From assembly GCA_019057475.1 (NCBI GenBank), contig DXJO01000006.1:194327-258326 (forward strand): 64,000 nucleotides of DNA. The letters run 5' to 3'. The notes below the pieces were generated by a model. The model saw only the letters and a program-made list of their open reading frames with translations, ran no database searches and was not told the origin of the DNA. The position numbers were made by a program, and so were the translations under genes. Source of the DNA: Candidatus Thorarchaeota archaeon. Lineage in GTDB: Archaea; Asgardarchaeota; Thorarchaeia; Thorarchaeales; Thorarchaeaceae. Positions within the stretch are counted from its first letter, which is position 1. Each line of letters starts with the position of its first letter. This document shows, one piece after another, positions 47,709 through 57,519 of this stretch.

Positions 47709-49001
47709 CTAGACTACTGTGTCCATTAGGTACGAGCTCCAGATTGCGCGACAGCGTTTCCTTATGCCTGCTAGTAGGTACTTGGCGCTGAGCGGTCCGG
47801 CATCGTTTGATAGCTGGTCCGCCACCGCGAGAATCAGGAACTCCACTGCGTCGCATATGTTATCCAAATCTTCTGGCGTCATGGTTTCATCGAGTTGACA
47901 TCTAACAGCCATGTTGTCTTGGAGCTTAATCCTTCCAACCCATGGATGCATCTCAATCCCTCTGTCTTGGCCTGTGAAGAAGTAGTTCGTAGCATCCGAG
48001 GAACTTCTCACCTTAACACATGCTCGAACGAGTGCAGAGAGGACACACTCGTTGGCAAGAAGTAGTCGCCTCTCAATTGATGCTCTCTGTAAGTAGCCTT
48101 TGTTAACCAAGTTGCCAAGTTCATAGAGTACAGAACTTGTTGTCCAAAGATTCAGCTTCTCGAAAACAGATACTAGTGGAGTGCGGCCATCAAGGGTGGT
48201 TATTATTCTCAAGACCTGCAGAGAGTTTCTCAGGGGGTTCTCGCGACTTAGCAGAATGCCTGACGACTTCTCTGAGGTCAAAAGGATATCATCATCTGAT
48301 GGCACATAGCTCAGATGAATGGCATTATTCCAACGAGCCATAGATACTAGATCCTCTACCTCTCGCATTGGAAGATCTTGCGCTTCAGCTATCTCTGACA
48401 ATGATTGGCCGCTCGTTGCTGAATGCAAGAACTTTGTTATCTTGAAAGCCATGCTGGGCAACTCGTAGTGTCCAGAGGTGTCATATCTGCGCGCATTCTT
48501 TAGAATGATCGAGCGTTCTGTCAGTCTATCTCCCAGGAATGTTCTCCTCACGAATTGGTCAAAGTCCTTGAATAGATGGCTTTCGATTCCATCATCGTGT
48601 TTCAGACATTGGAAGCTGTCTTCAAATTCCATCACGACACGTCTAAGCTTGCTCCGCCCTTCATTGGTTTCTCTCGAAACTGCAAGAACTCCTGTTGTCC
48701 AGTCCCCAACCTCTACTAAGAGTGTGGAGCTAGACCCAAATTCTGTCTTCCACTGGGTCTGCTCTGAACCCGTAAGCTCGCCCATGAAACTCGTCATAGC
48801 CGATACAAAACCTGCGAGAATCTGGGGGTCCTGTTCCCCCGAAACAAACTCATGCGAATAGGGAGCAATCCCCGTGAGCTTGTTGAGGATGAAGAGTACC
48901 TTCTCGTTGGATATCTCCGAGTAATCAGATGTCGTTGGCTCAACTGCGTCGTCTAATTGCGGACGCGATGAAGCACTGGGTTGTTCTGAGCCTTCAGTCA
49001 C
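47709..49001 (-). CDS. Longin-domain plus tandem winged-helix protein (NPRL3-like), paralog of 37134..38441
   Basis: LFILNKLTGI...DPQILAGFVSAMTSFMGEL; GQSLSEIAEAQDLPMREV; LDGRTPL; SIERRLLLANE versus SPERRRILLAKE. Confidence 0.72.
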   Translation of the reverse strand: MTEGSEQPSASSRPQLDDAVEPTTSDYSEISNEKVLFILNKLTGIAPYSHEFVSGEQDPQILAGFVSAMTSFMGELTGSEQTQWKTEFGSSSTLLVEVGDWTTGVLAVSRETNEGRSKLRRVVMEFEDSFQCLKHDDGIESHLFKDFDQFVRRTFLGDRLTERSIILKNARRYDTSGHYELPSMAFKITKFLHSATSGQSLSEIAEAQDLPMREVEDLVSMARWNNAIHLSYVPSDDDILLTSEKSSGILLSRENPLRNSLQVLRIITTLDGRTPLVSVFEKLNLWTTSSVLYELGNLVNKGYLQRASIERRLLLANECVLSALVRACVKVRSSSDATNYFFTGQDRGIEMHPWVGRIKLQDNMAVRCQLDETMTPEDLDNICDAVEFLILAVADQLSNDAGPLSAKYLLAGIRKRCRAIWSSYLMDTVV

Positions 49002-49177
49002 AGCTAATTCCCCTATCAGAGGTCAGAATGACAGGATTCCTTGATCGGTTTCGGTTTTGCACAGCGAATCTTTTCTTGAGTTGACCCCTGCTCGATACGT
49101 GTGGAGGGCACATATCAAGTTTCACTGTTTGGCAAGAGAATGCGATAGACATGGTTCTTGAACCCGAATAGCGAAAA

Positions 49178-49789
49178 AGGAACCACCTACAAGCGATTAT
49201 TATGGGCACAGAAATCCTAGCTACAACGAGCCTTGACCCCAAACTGGCTTCTTTGATTGGCTTAAACATTGAGTCGGTGGAGAGAGCGCAGAACCTAATT
49301 CAGAAAGTACAAGCCACACGGGGGTTGCTTACAGTCCCGCTCACCGAGAAGTCATTAAGAAACGCTCTCGAGGAATCAGTGGGGGCTTTGAAAGCAACCT
49401 ATGACGACCTTGAGATTAAGGTCAATTACAGGCTTCGGCGTTCAAAGGTCAAGGCTGACCAGTACCTTGACAACCTACTGGCGAACCTACTTGAAAACGC
49501 AACCATTCACAACAATAGGAGCCCCAGAAGAGTTTGGGTTACCCTGCGAGAATCTAAAGGTGGCTACGAAATCTCGATCGCAGACAACGGACCTGGAATC
49601 TCGAATGAAAAGAAGGAGAATTTGTTTGACCCAGAGAGACGCTTCGGTGGTGTTGGAATCCATCAGGCGTTACGCATCGCACAGAAATATGGCGGATACA
49701 TAAGCGTGGAAGATAGAATTGTAAATGACTCAAGCCAAGGCGCCAAATTTCTGGTCTGGTTACTAAAGTCAGATGCCTCAGGCTCATGA
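49178..49789 (+). pseudogene. 5'-truncated histidine kinase (partial DHp plus HATPase)
   Basis: Homology starts at RNHLQAIIMG, just after the missing phospho-His; in-frame TAG at 49169-49171; NLLENA, DNGPGI, GGVGI. Confidence 0.75.
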
Positions 49790-49898
49790 TGCTAGCTCTC
49801 AAGCAGAACAACGAAGTTCGCACTTTTCTTGCGATTACCCTTGACTTCGCTTTAATCACGAGAGTGAGGGAGCCAGGGCCCCTCAACGGCAACTTTGC

Positions 49899-51686
49899 TT
49901 AGAGCGCGTCCTCAAGCATCTTGATGAACTCAGCGTACTGATCGATGCCCTTCTGCCAGAACTCCTCAGTTGTGATATCGAACCCAACGTCAGCAGCTAG
50001 GTCGCGGGGGGACCTGCTAGAACCAGCGGAGAGAATCGCCTTCAGCTTGGGTACAAACTCCTTGCCTTGTTCCTTGTACAGACGGTACAGCGCGTACACA
50101 AACAACTGGGCAAACACGTACGGATAATTATAGAAACGAAAGTTGGGCATGTAGTAATGAACTTTCATCGTCCATTCCCACTTCATCTCAGGTAGCCACT
50201 CGACGCTATCGCCGTAGATCTTGTCCCGACCTGCAGTCCACAGAGCAGCGACTGTATTCCCATCTAGGAACTTGCCTTCCTTAATCGCATCATACATGCT
50301 CTGTTCAAAGAAGAATCGAGCTGACACTTGGAACGCCGCCATGCCAGCCCCATCAAGGACCGTAGCAAGAATGGCTTGTTTCTCTTCATTCGATTTAGCC
50401 TTAGCCAAAAGCCTCTCTGTAAGCAGTAGCTCGCCGAATATCGAGCCTACCTCTGCAATGCAGGCGCCAATCTCATAGTTGCTCGGTTTCTGGGCTCGCG
50501 TTCCTAGGTACGCATGGGCAGCATGCCCCAGCTCGTGAGCCTGAGTATAGACATCACCAATTATGCCATTGAAGCTCTGAAGGATGTAGGCACTCTTACC
50601 GTTGTGCCAAGTTGCGCAGAAGGCTCCAGACCTCTTACCGTTACGAACCTCACCGTCGATGTGACGCCGCTCGTACATCTCGTCAATCCAGTCGCCAATC
50701 TCCCCGTCGAACTCGGTATAGGCGCCGACAGTTTCTTTTCGCGCTTCCTTCCAAGTGTATTTGATTTCAGGAGCATTGGGCAGTGGTGCCATTATATCCC
50801 AGTTCCCAAGCTTCTTGAAACCCATGATCTTTGCTTTTATGGTCAGATAATTCTGGTATACTCCAACGTTCTTCTCGATGGTCTTCATAAGACTGTCAAG
50901 GGTCCCTTGATCAAGGTCGTTGGCTATGAGGCTCTGAGATGTCATGGCGGGATGCTTTCTCAACTTACACATCTGTATATGGTCTGCACAGACAGCACGT
51001 ATGGCGCTAGCCCACAGAATCTCGTCCTTGCCAAGGTACTCGTACACGACGTGATTAGCAAGGCGTCTAACATCGCGGTCAGCATGTTCATAGAGTGCTA
51101 CTATCTCGCCATAAGACATTGTCTTGACTTTGCCTTCAATCTCAATGTCAAACTTGCGCGTTGATAGCCAGTCGCCTTGAATCATTTGCCAGGCGCGTAT
51201 GCCATTCTTGTCCTTGATTATCGCAAGCTGCTCTTGCTCTACAGAGAGCATATGGGGAACTTCTCTGAGTATCTTCTCCAAGTAGTGCTTGTACTCAGCT
51301 ACGATGGGGTTTTCGACTATCTTTGGGGTCTCGGACAGGAGTTTTCCCAGCTCAATTTGAAGAACAACAAGGCTCTGCCCAATAAGCATCAATGCTCTGC
51401 GCACCTTGTCATTCAACTTCTTCGCCAAGTCGGTGGTGGAGTTAGCTTGGTACATGAGGTAGCTATACATCGTAGCTCCTTCGAACTTCAACTGCATGTC
51501 ATCGCTCTCTTCCAGCAATCCAAGAACGCCGTTTGCATCCAAGTTCGCGATTTTGCCAGAATACTTCTCTTGGAACTCTTGCACCAAGGCAACAGCTGCG
51601 TCCAGTTCCTTCTCAATCTTGTCAGGATCATCGCTCTTCACGAGCTGTGCTAGATCCCATTGCATCTCCTCGACTGTCATTGTCAA
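49899..51686 (-). CDS. pepF: Oligoendopeptidase F (M3B)
   Basis: WDL N-terminus, GKRSGAFC, AHELGHAAH, AEVGSIFGE, HYY..FYNYPY. Confidence 0.93.
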   Translation of the reverse strand: MTMTVEEMQWDLAQLVKSDDPDKIEKELDAAVALVQEFQEKYSGKIANLDANGVLGLLEESDDMQLKFEGATMYSYLMYQANSTTDLAKKLNDKVRRALMLIGQSLVVLQIELGKLLSETPKIVENPIVAEYKHYLEKILREVPHMLSVEQEQLAIIKDKNGIRAWQMIQGDWLSTRKFDIEIEGKVKTMSYGEIVALYEHADRDVRRLANHVVYEYLGKDEILWASAIRAVCADHIQMCKLRKHPAMTSQSLIANDLDQGTLDSLMKTIEKNVGVYQNYLTIKAKIMGFKKLGNWDIMAPLPNAPEIKYTWKEARKETVGAYTEFDGEIGDWIDEMYERRHIDGEVRNGKRSGAFCATWHNGKSAYILQSFNGIIGDVYTQAHELGHAAHAYLGTRAQKPSNYEIGACIAEVGSIFGELLLTERLLAKAKSNEEKQAILATVLDGAGMAAFQVSARFFFEQSMYDAIKEGKFLDGNTVAALWTAGRDKIYGDSVEWLPEMKWEWTMKVHYYMPNFRFYNYPYVFAQLFVYALYRLYKEQGKEFVPKLKAILSAGSSRSPRDLAADVGFDITTEEFWQKGIDQYAEFIKMLEDAL

Positions 51687-51736
51687 TCAGCTATACGCAA
51701 GCCAAGGATGCCGCCTTAAGAGTTCAGCGAAAAGGG

Positions 51737-52408
51737 TTATTCTTCCAGCAGCTTTCTTCTGGAGGACCCCCGTCCGGGGCATTTCGTAGCATATGCGCCG
51801 GCAATGATGCAGAGCGTGGCAGCTGCGATTATCACAAGACCTACGATAAGCTGTGGAGAAGCAAGACCTGCCGCTATAACGAATGGTCCGACGAAATTCT
51901 CAGGGGAAGACACTTGGAAAGGAACCTCAACTGTGCTATTCGAGTAGGTTCCCTCCACCGCTACTGCAAAATAACAATCTGTACCAGTGATGGACCCGTC
52001 AAGAATCATGCTAGCGGATGCTGCGGCATACTCGGCTCCGGACATAGCTGGAGAAAACTCCTCGATCTGGACTGACACCAATGTATACATCGACCCGCCC
52101 GGATCGCCCCTCTGGACGGTAAGTACAATCTCTGTAATCGTTATCGTAGTGATATTCTCTGCTAATGGAGCAACCTGTAGAGAGATGTTTACTTCCTCAG
52201 AAAATGGGCTATACCATGGTGTGTTGGCCGTTATCCAGACAGTCACTTGAACATCATCTTCAGTGAATGAAGCTTCTGCGAAATCAACAGCATGTGCCGG
52301 CATGATCAGAAGGACTAACAAAAGGCATAACGTCAGCACACGTTTCATCGCAGAGTCGCCCAGAGATATACACAGTAATCTCATTCTTAACTTTGACTCC
52401 CAAAGCAA
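51737..52408 (-). CDS. Secreted, membrane-anchored hypothetical protein (start probably MKRVL)
   Basis: Signal peptide ending AHA, beta-rich domain, C-terminal TM helix and basic tail. Confidence 0.7.
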   Translation of the reverse strand: MLWESKLRMRLLCISLGDSAMKRVLTLCLLLVLLIMPAHAVDFAEASFTEDDVQVTVWITANTPWYSPFSEEVNISLQVAPLAENITTITITEIVLTVQRGDPGGSMYTLVSVQIEEFSPAMSGAEYAAASASMILDGSITGTDCYFAVAVEGTYSNSTVEVPFQVSSPENFVGPFVIAAGLASPQLIVGLVIIAAATLCIIAGAYATKCPGRGSSRRKLLEE

Positions 52409-52655
52409 GGTCCTTGGAGATGGTTATTCGAGCGATTCCTTAATAGGCAAGAGCTAAACAGGTGCTATTCTTGCCGATATGCGAAAACCTCACCCGTCCG
52501 TACACTCCTGCCGGAGTTGCGACATGGTGAGGCTAGATGATGTCACTGGACCTGCTCTTTGACATAGCTAGAAAGGTGTTACAAAGAAGGAAATTATAAA
52601 ACCTATTCATTTCAATGCAAATGAAATTTCGATTCCATCAAGCTAGAAAAGATTA

Positions 52656-55600
52656 GTGCATACTCTGAAATATCAAATAATCCTCCGAGGATTTAATAAC
52701 CATCCCGCCTTGTTCATACCACTTCGCGCTAACGGAGGAGATCCATCGTTGCATAGTAGAGAACACTTCCTACGACATAGAGGGATTTCGACCTTCCTCG
52801 TCTTCTTCGCTCTATTTGGGCTTCTATTGCATTCCATTCCCTCTACAGATTCCGTGCAAGTGGGATACAAATCATGTCCGAGTCTGACTTGGACGCCAAG
52901 GGTTATGGAAGCCAACATCGGGCCATCTACAATGACTGGCTTTCATGCAAACCAACAGGGCATTTCGATTCTTAGCGTTGCAAAACTCGCTCCAACACCA
53001 ACATCCCCGAGAAGGAATCTGGAGCCAGAAACGTGTTCAGAGTTGGCAATTCAACACACCTCCGAGAAGATTGTACACCCCCCAAGAGGGAGGCGTCCAG
53101 ATTTCGCAATACTTGAGCCCATTCCAATGGACCCCGATCCCCATGGAATCATCCATATCAACAATGATACACATTTCGCGTCAATAGCAGATGCTGAGAA
53201 TTGGGAAGGATCTGGTACCTCAGGAAACCCATACATAATCGAAAATTATGATATCGATAGCGATGACACTGGAGATGATTGTATATTGATCCTCAATACA
53301 CGGGTCCACTTCATCATCCGCTATTGTGTGCTAATCGGTGGTGAATATGCTGGACATCGATTCCTCCAATCCGGCATCAAATTCTATAACGTGAGCAATG
53401 GTGATATCGTTGACAACACAGCCTATGACCATGGGGAAAGCGGGATACTATTAACGAACTCGTCCAACTGCCAGGTAACTGACAACACCTGCACTGGCAA
53501 TTGGAATGGTGGAATCTATCTGGGACGTGGTTCACACAGCAACACTGTGGCGGATAATGGCTGCTCAGGGAATGACTGGGCTGGCATCATGTTGAAAGGC
53601 GAAACTGTCAGGAATAACACAATCGTGGGAAACACACTCTCTAACCACCATTGGGAGGCGCGCAATGAAGCTGGCATATTACTACTGGAATGTGAAGCCG
53701 GAGGCAATACAGTTAGCTTCAATACTGCAACGGACAATGACCTTGGTGTTGCCTTGGCTGAGTCTTACGACAACACTGTTGTCAATAATACGTGCAATAA
53801 CAATGACTTCTGTGGCATCTACTTAGGGGGCAGTGAGTATGGGGACGGCTCAAAGTCGAATCTTGTTGGCAACAATACCTGCAACAATAATATCGTGTCA
53901 GGGATACATTTGGAGTACAGATCGCGCTTCAATAGCCTGACCACTAACCTCTGTGATAACAACGAGCACGGCATCCACCTTGACGACTCCAATAACAATA
54001 CCTTAGTTGAGAACGAATGCTCCATGGGTACGTACGGAATCTATGTGTATAGCTCAGATTACAACACATTGATAGGCAATAAACCCACGGAGGTCCTTCA
54101 TGGTATTCGTTTGGACGGTTCCACCTACAGTAACATCCATAGCCACACCATCCATGATCTAGTGTGTGGCATCTCATTGACAGCGTCCACAAACAACATC
54201 ATACATGACAATGTTTTAATCAGCAATACCGAAGTAGGCATCTATCTTGAGTCGGATTCGGAGTCGAATCACCTTGAGGGCAACACCTGCAGATTCAATC
54301 ATTATGGAATCTATCTGGACATATCACACTACTGCACCTTGACTGATAATGTGTGCGTGAACTCAACATCACAGGGACTGCATACGAGGGGGTCTTGGGA
54401 TATCCTTGTTATCCTAAACACGCTTTCGAACAATAGCAACTACGGCCTTGGCATTGATGGTGCTGAAGATGCCAACTTTACTGACAACACTTTCGATGAC
54501 AATGGCGCGGGCGGCATTCACATATCTGGCTGGGTTGACGACTGCCTTGTCGCCAGGAATTCAATCTCTGGAGGCGGCTCAGGCATCTACATCAACAGCG
54601 CAGATGGCAGCCGCTACGTAAACAATACATGCATTGATTGCACTTATGGAATTCGATGCGACACCGGTTGGCACAATTGGATAGAGGAGAATACCCTGGA
54701 CTGTGACGTGGCGTGCATAGACCTGTTTGACGTGGCCAGACTGAATTGGGTGGTTGACAACTGGTGTACCGGAGGCGAATCCGGCATATCCGTACGCAGC
54801 TACTCATATCAGAACACATTGGAAAATAACACCTGCACCGGGAACGAGAAGGGTATATCTCTTGATGACACACACACGAACACAATCGAGAATAACGATT
54901 GTATGGACAATGATATCGGAATCTATGTTCATAATGCTGATTCCAATACATTCGTCGAGAACGATTGCTCTCTAAACGCCATGGGCATCGTTCTGAACGC
55001 GTCTGACAACTGCAATGTCCTCGATAACTACTGCAGTCAGGCTTCTGGTGGCTCACCGTCTGTCGGTCTACTACTATACTCCACAAACCAGACAACGGTA
55101 TTTGGAAACCTGATTGACAGCTGCGACAACGGTATTCATCTAAACATCTCTGATTATGCCCGCATAGAGAACAATACTGTTAGCAATAACGTATACTACG
55201 CTGTGATCATGGATGCCATGACGAACAGATCTGAGGTTCATTGGAATATAATCGACAATAATTCTCTGAACGAAATTGATGACGGTACATTCAACGACAT
55301 AGACTACAATTACTGGTCTGCGTACGAGGGCACTGATTCCAATGGCGATGGCTTTGGTGATACGCCATATCCAATCTCTGGGTCAACCGGCAATGAAGAC
55401 CCACACCCGCTCGTTTATCTACCAACACCGCCAGAATGGAACCCCGAGCCTACAGACCAAATAGTCGAATGCGGCACGCATTTCACATATGATCTGGATG
55501 TCATTGCAACCACTACAATTAGGTGGTGGATTGATGACACCGCACACTTCACAATCGACAACGATGGCGTCATCACTGACAATGAACTCCTGACATATGG

Positions 55601-56111
55601 AGAATACTGGATAGAGGCACGCGCATACAATCTGTACAATGCCTCATGTAGCGCTACATTGAAATTGACCATGGATGACACCACTGCACCGGAAGTCGAT
55701 CATCCTGATGATGTGACCTTCCGTATGAACGAAGAAAGGCGGATCACGTGGACAGTATCCGACTTCAATCCGGACTACTGTTGTATCTATGAAGGAAGAT
55801 GGCAGGAAACGTATATAGGCTGGGCTGATGGAGAAGCCACCGTAGAGTATTGGATTGGATACGTTGAAGTGGGCTGGGTTATCAACGTCACAATTGTGGC
55901 TTTCGATGTTGCAGGGAACACCGCAACCGACACAGTGATGGTGACAATCATTAGCGCAACTGACGACACGCCCACAACCACGACGTCAACTGGACCCACA
56001 GGCGGTGGCTGGGACTTCAGTGATATGACCACAATGATAGCAATTGCAGGCACGGCTAGTATCATTGCAGTGCTTGTTATTGTAGCAGTCATGAAGAAAA
56101 GAGGAAGCTGA
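52656..56111 (+). CDS. Large membrane-anchored beta-helix (NosD-like) surface protein
   Basis: GSGTSGNPYIIEN, more than 20 GI.L..N repeats, NYWS.Y.G.D..GDGFGDTPY, Ig-like repeats, TM helix plus KKRG. Start uncertain. Confidence 0.87.
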   Translation: MHTLKYQIILRGFNNHPALFIPLRANGGDPSLHSREHFLRHRGISTFLVFFALFGLLLHSIPSTDSVQVGYKSCPSLTWTPRVMEANIGPSTMTGFHANQQGISILSVAKLAPTPTSPRRNLEPETCSELAIQHTSEKIVHPPRGRRPDFAILEPIPMDPDPHGIIHINNDTHFASIADAENWEGSGTSGNPYIIENYDIDSDDTGDDCILILNTRVHFIIRYCVLIGGEYAGHRFLQSGIKFYNVSNGDIVDNTAYDHGESGILLTNSSNCQVTDNTCTGNWNGGIYLGRGSHSNTVADNGCSGNDWAGIMLKGETVRNNTIVGNTLSNHHWEARNEAGILLLECEAGGNTVSFNTATDNDLGVALAESYDNTVVNNTCNNNDFCGIYLGGSEYGDGSKSNLVGNNTCNNNIVSGIHLEYRSRFNSLTTNLCDNNEHGIHLDDSNNNTLVENECSMGTYGIYVYSSDYNTLIGNKPTEVLHGIRLDGSTYSNIHSHTIHDLVCGISLTASTNNIIHDNVLISNTEVGIYLESDSESNHLEGNTCRFNHYGIYLDISHYCTLTDNVCVNSTSQGLHTRGSWDILVILNTLSNNSNYGLGIDGAEDANFTDNTFDDNGAGGIHISGWVDDCLVARNSISGGGSGIYINSADGSRYVNNTCIDCTYGIRCDTGWHNWIEENTLDCDVACIDLFDVARLNWVVDNWCTGGESGISVRSYSYQNTLENNTCTGNEKGISLDDTHTNTIENNDCMDNDIGIYVHNADSNTFVENDCSLNAMGIVLNASDNCNVLDNYCSQASGGSPSVGLLLYSTNQTTVFGNLIDSCDNGIHLNISDYARIENNTVSNNVYYAVIMDAMTNRSEVHWNIIDNNSLNEIDDGTFNDIDYNYWSAYEGTDSNGDGFGDTPYPISGSTGNEDPHPLVYLPTPPEWNPEPTDQIVECGTHFTYDLDVIATTTIRWWIDDTAHFTIDNDGVITDNELLTYGEYWIEARAYNLYNASCSATLKLTMDDTTAPEVDHPDDVTFRMNEERRITWTVSDFNPDYCCIYEGRWQETYIGWADGEATVEYWIGYVEVGWVINVTIVAFDVAGNTATDTVMVTIISATDDTPTTTTSTGPTGGGWDFSDMTTMIAIAGTASIIAVLVIVAVMKKRGS

Positions 56112-56249
56112 CACAAGCAGATCAACCGTGGAAGATCACCCATCCGAGTGTTCTTTCCCTTCTCTTTTTATCGTCAAAGACTGGTTCGTTGGCTATGGCT
56201 CAGCTTCGGCCTTAAATCTGGGTTCGTAGAAGAATCTTGAGGAAATGGA

Positions 56250-56576
56250 ATGGCAATTATACCTGAATGGATAACAGAATGGATTCAGAAAGATCGTCTC
56301 GTTGGAAACAAGTTCAGAATAAGCCAGAGCTATCTCCGTCATTCAAAGCGAATCCAACTAGCGAGAAGTGAGAGAGATACTGAAAGCGGATTGGAGAGGT
56401 TCCATTACGTCGTGCATTCACCAAAGTACGGGCGATACAATGTAAGGTATGAAAGGGGCCGATACCAATGCAACTGTCCTTTCTTCAAGCATAGAGGGAT
56501 CTGTAGCCACATCTTTGGCGTTTGTCGGCTCACTGACATTTGGCCAGAACGGGAGTCAATCTTCAACCACGATTGA
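56250..56576 (+). CDS. SWIM zinc-finger protein
   Basis: CNCPFFKHRGICSHI (CxC-x8-CxH). Confidence 0.8.
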   Translation: MAIIPEWITEWIQKDRLVGNKFRISQSYLRHSKRIQLARSERDTESGLERFHYVVHSPKYGRYNVRYERGRYQCNCPFFKHRGICSHIFGVCRLTDIWPERESIFNHD

Positions 56577-56646
56577 GCTGCATGAACCATACAGCAATGC
56601 CTTTGTAGCAGTTCTTTGCAGTTCCCTTCACTTGACGGTGCATCAG

Positions 56647-57510
56647 ATGAAACTCCCAATGATTATTGTGCACGGCGGCGCAGGAAAGTGGAAGGACGAG
56701 CGGATACCAGTCGGCCTAGAGCAGGTCGAAAAGGCTGCCACAGCTGGTTTTCAAGTCCTGGATAATGGTGGTTCCGCTCTCGATGCGGCTGAAGCGTGCA
56801 CTGTGTACATGGAGAGTTGTGGTAAGCTCAATGCAGGTCTTGGAGCTCGCGCTAACATCGATGGGGTCAAGGAACTCGACGCCATGATTGTGGACGGCAG
56901 CTCGCTCAACTTCGGATCCGTAGCGGCCATCACTGGAATCCGGAATCCAGTTTCTTTAGCTAGATACATCATGGAAAAGACAGGCTTCTCATTCTTCGCC
57001 GGAGACAACGCCAAACGGCTCTACGAGAAGATGATTGCCGAGGGTTACAGAACCGAAGCAGAACCAGGTGTTGTTGCCCAGTCATCTGATGGTGGGGCGA
57101 AGGACACAGTTGGATGTGTTGTGGTTGATGGCCAAGGTCGAATCGCAGCGACGTCGTCAACTGGCGGAATCTCCAAGAAGATACCTGGTAGAGTGGGCGA
57201 TTCTGCGGTAATGGGCTCAGGTGCGTATGCAAATGATGTCTGCGGCGCAACTGCCACTGGCTGGGGTGAACACATTATGCGTGTGACCCTGTCAAGGATG
57301 ATAGTGCTGTACGTCGAAGAGGGCTTGGACGTTGGTTTGGCTGCCAAGAGGGGGATGGAGATGTTTGAAGCCAAGACTGGAAGCGAAGCTGGTGTAGTTG
57401 TCGCTGATGCAAAAGGGAACTACGGCTTCTCTACGAATGCCAAAGCAATGCCAACTGTCATCATTCAAGGAAGTATTGACAACATGACTTCCTTTACTTG
57501 CCAAGAGTAG
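56647..57510 (+). CDS. Isoaspartyl peptidase/L-asparaginase (Ntn hydrolase)
   Basis: IIVHGGAG, ELDAMI, D-TVG autocleavage site, STGG...PGRVGDS, TGWGE. Start re-assigned to ATG 56647. Confidence 0.94.
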   Translation: MKLPMIIVHGGAGKWKDERIPVGLEQVEKAATAGFQVLDNGGSALDAAEACTVYMESCGKLNAGLGARANIDGVKELDAMIVDGSSLNFGSVAAITGIRNPVSLARYIMEKTGFSFFAGDNAKRLYEKMIAEGYRTEAEPGVVAQSSDGGAKDTVGCVVVDGQGRIAATSSTGGISKKIPGRVGDSAVMGSGAYANDVCGATATGWGEHIMRVTLSRMIVLYVEEGLDVGLAAKRGMEMFEAKTGSEAGVVVADAKGNYGFSTNAKAMPTVIIQGSIDNMTSFTCQE

Positions 57511-57519
57511 CGAATGCCC

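Noticed and set aside
25309-56111. CRISPR-like periodicity in Asn-rich regions
   Set aside because: The repeats are degenerate beta-helix coding repeats, not identical repeats with spacers.
56449-56646. N-terminal extension of the isoaspartyl peptidase in the ORF track
   Set aside because: It overlaps the SWIM gene; family homology begins at ATG 56647.
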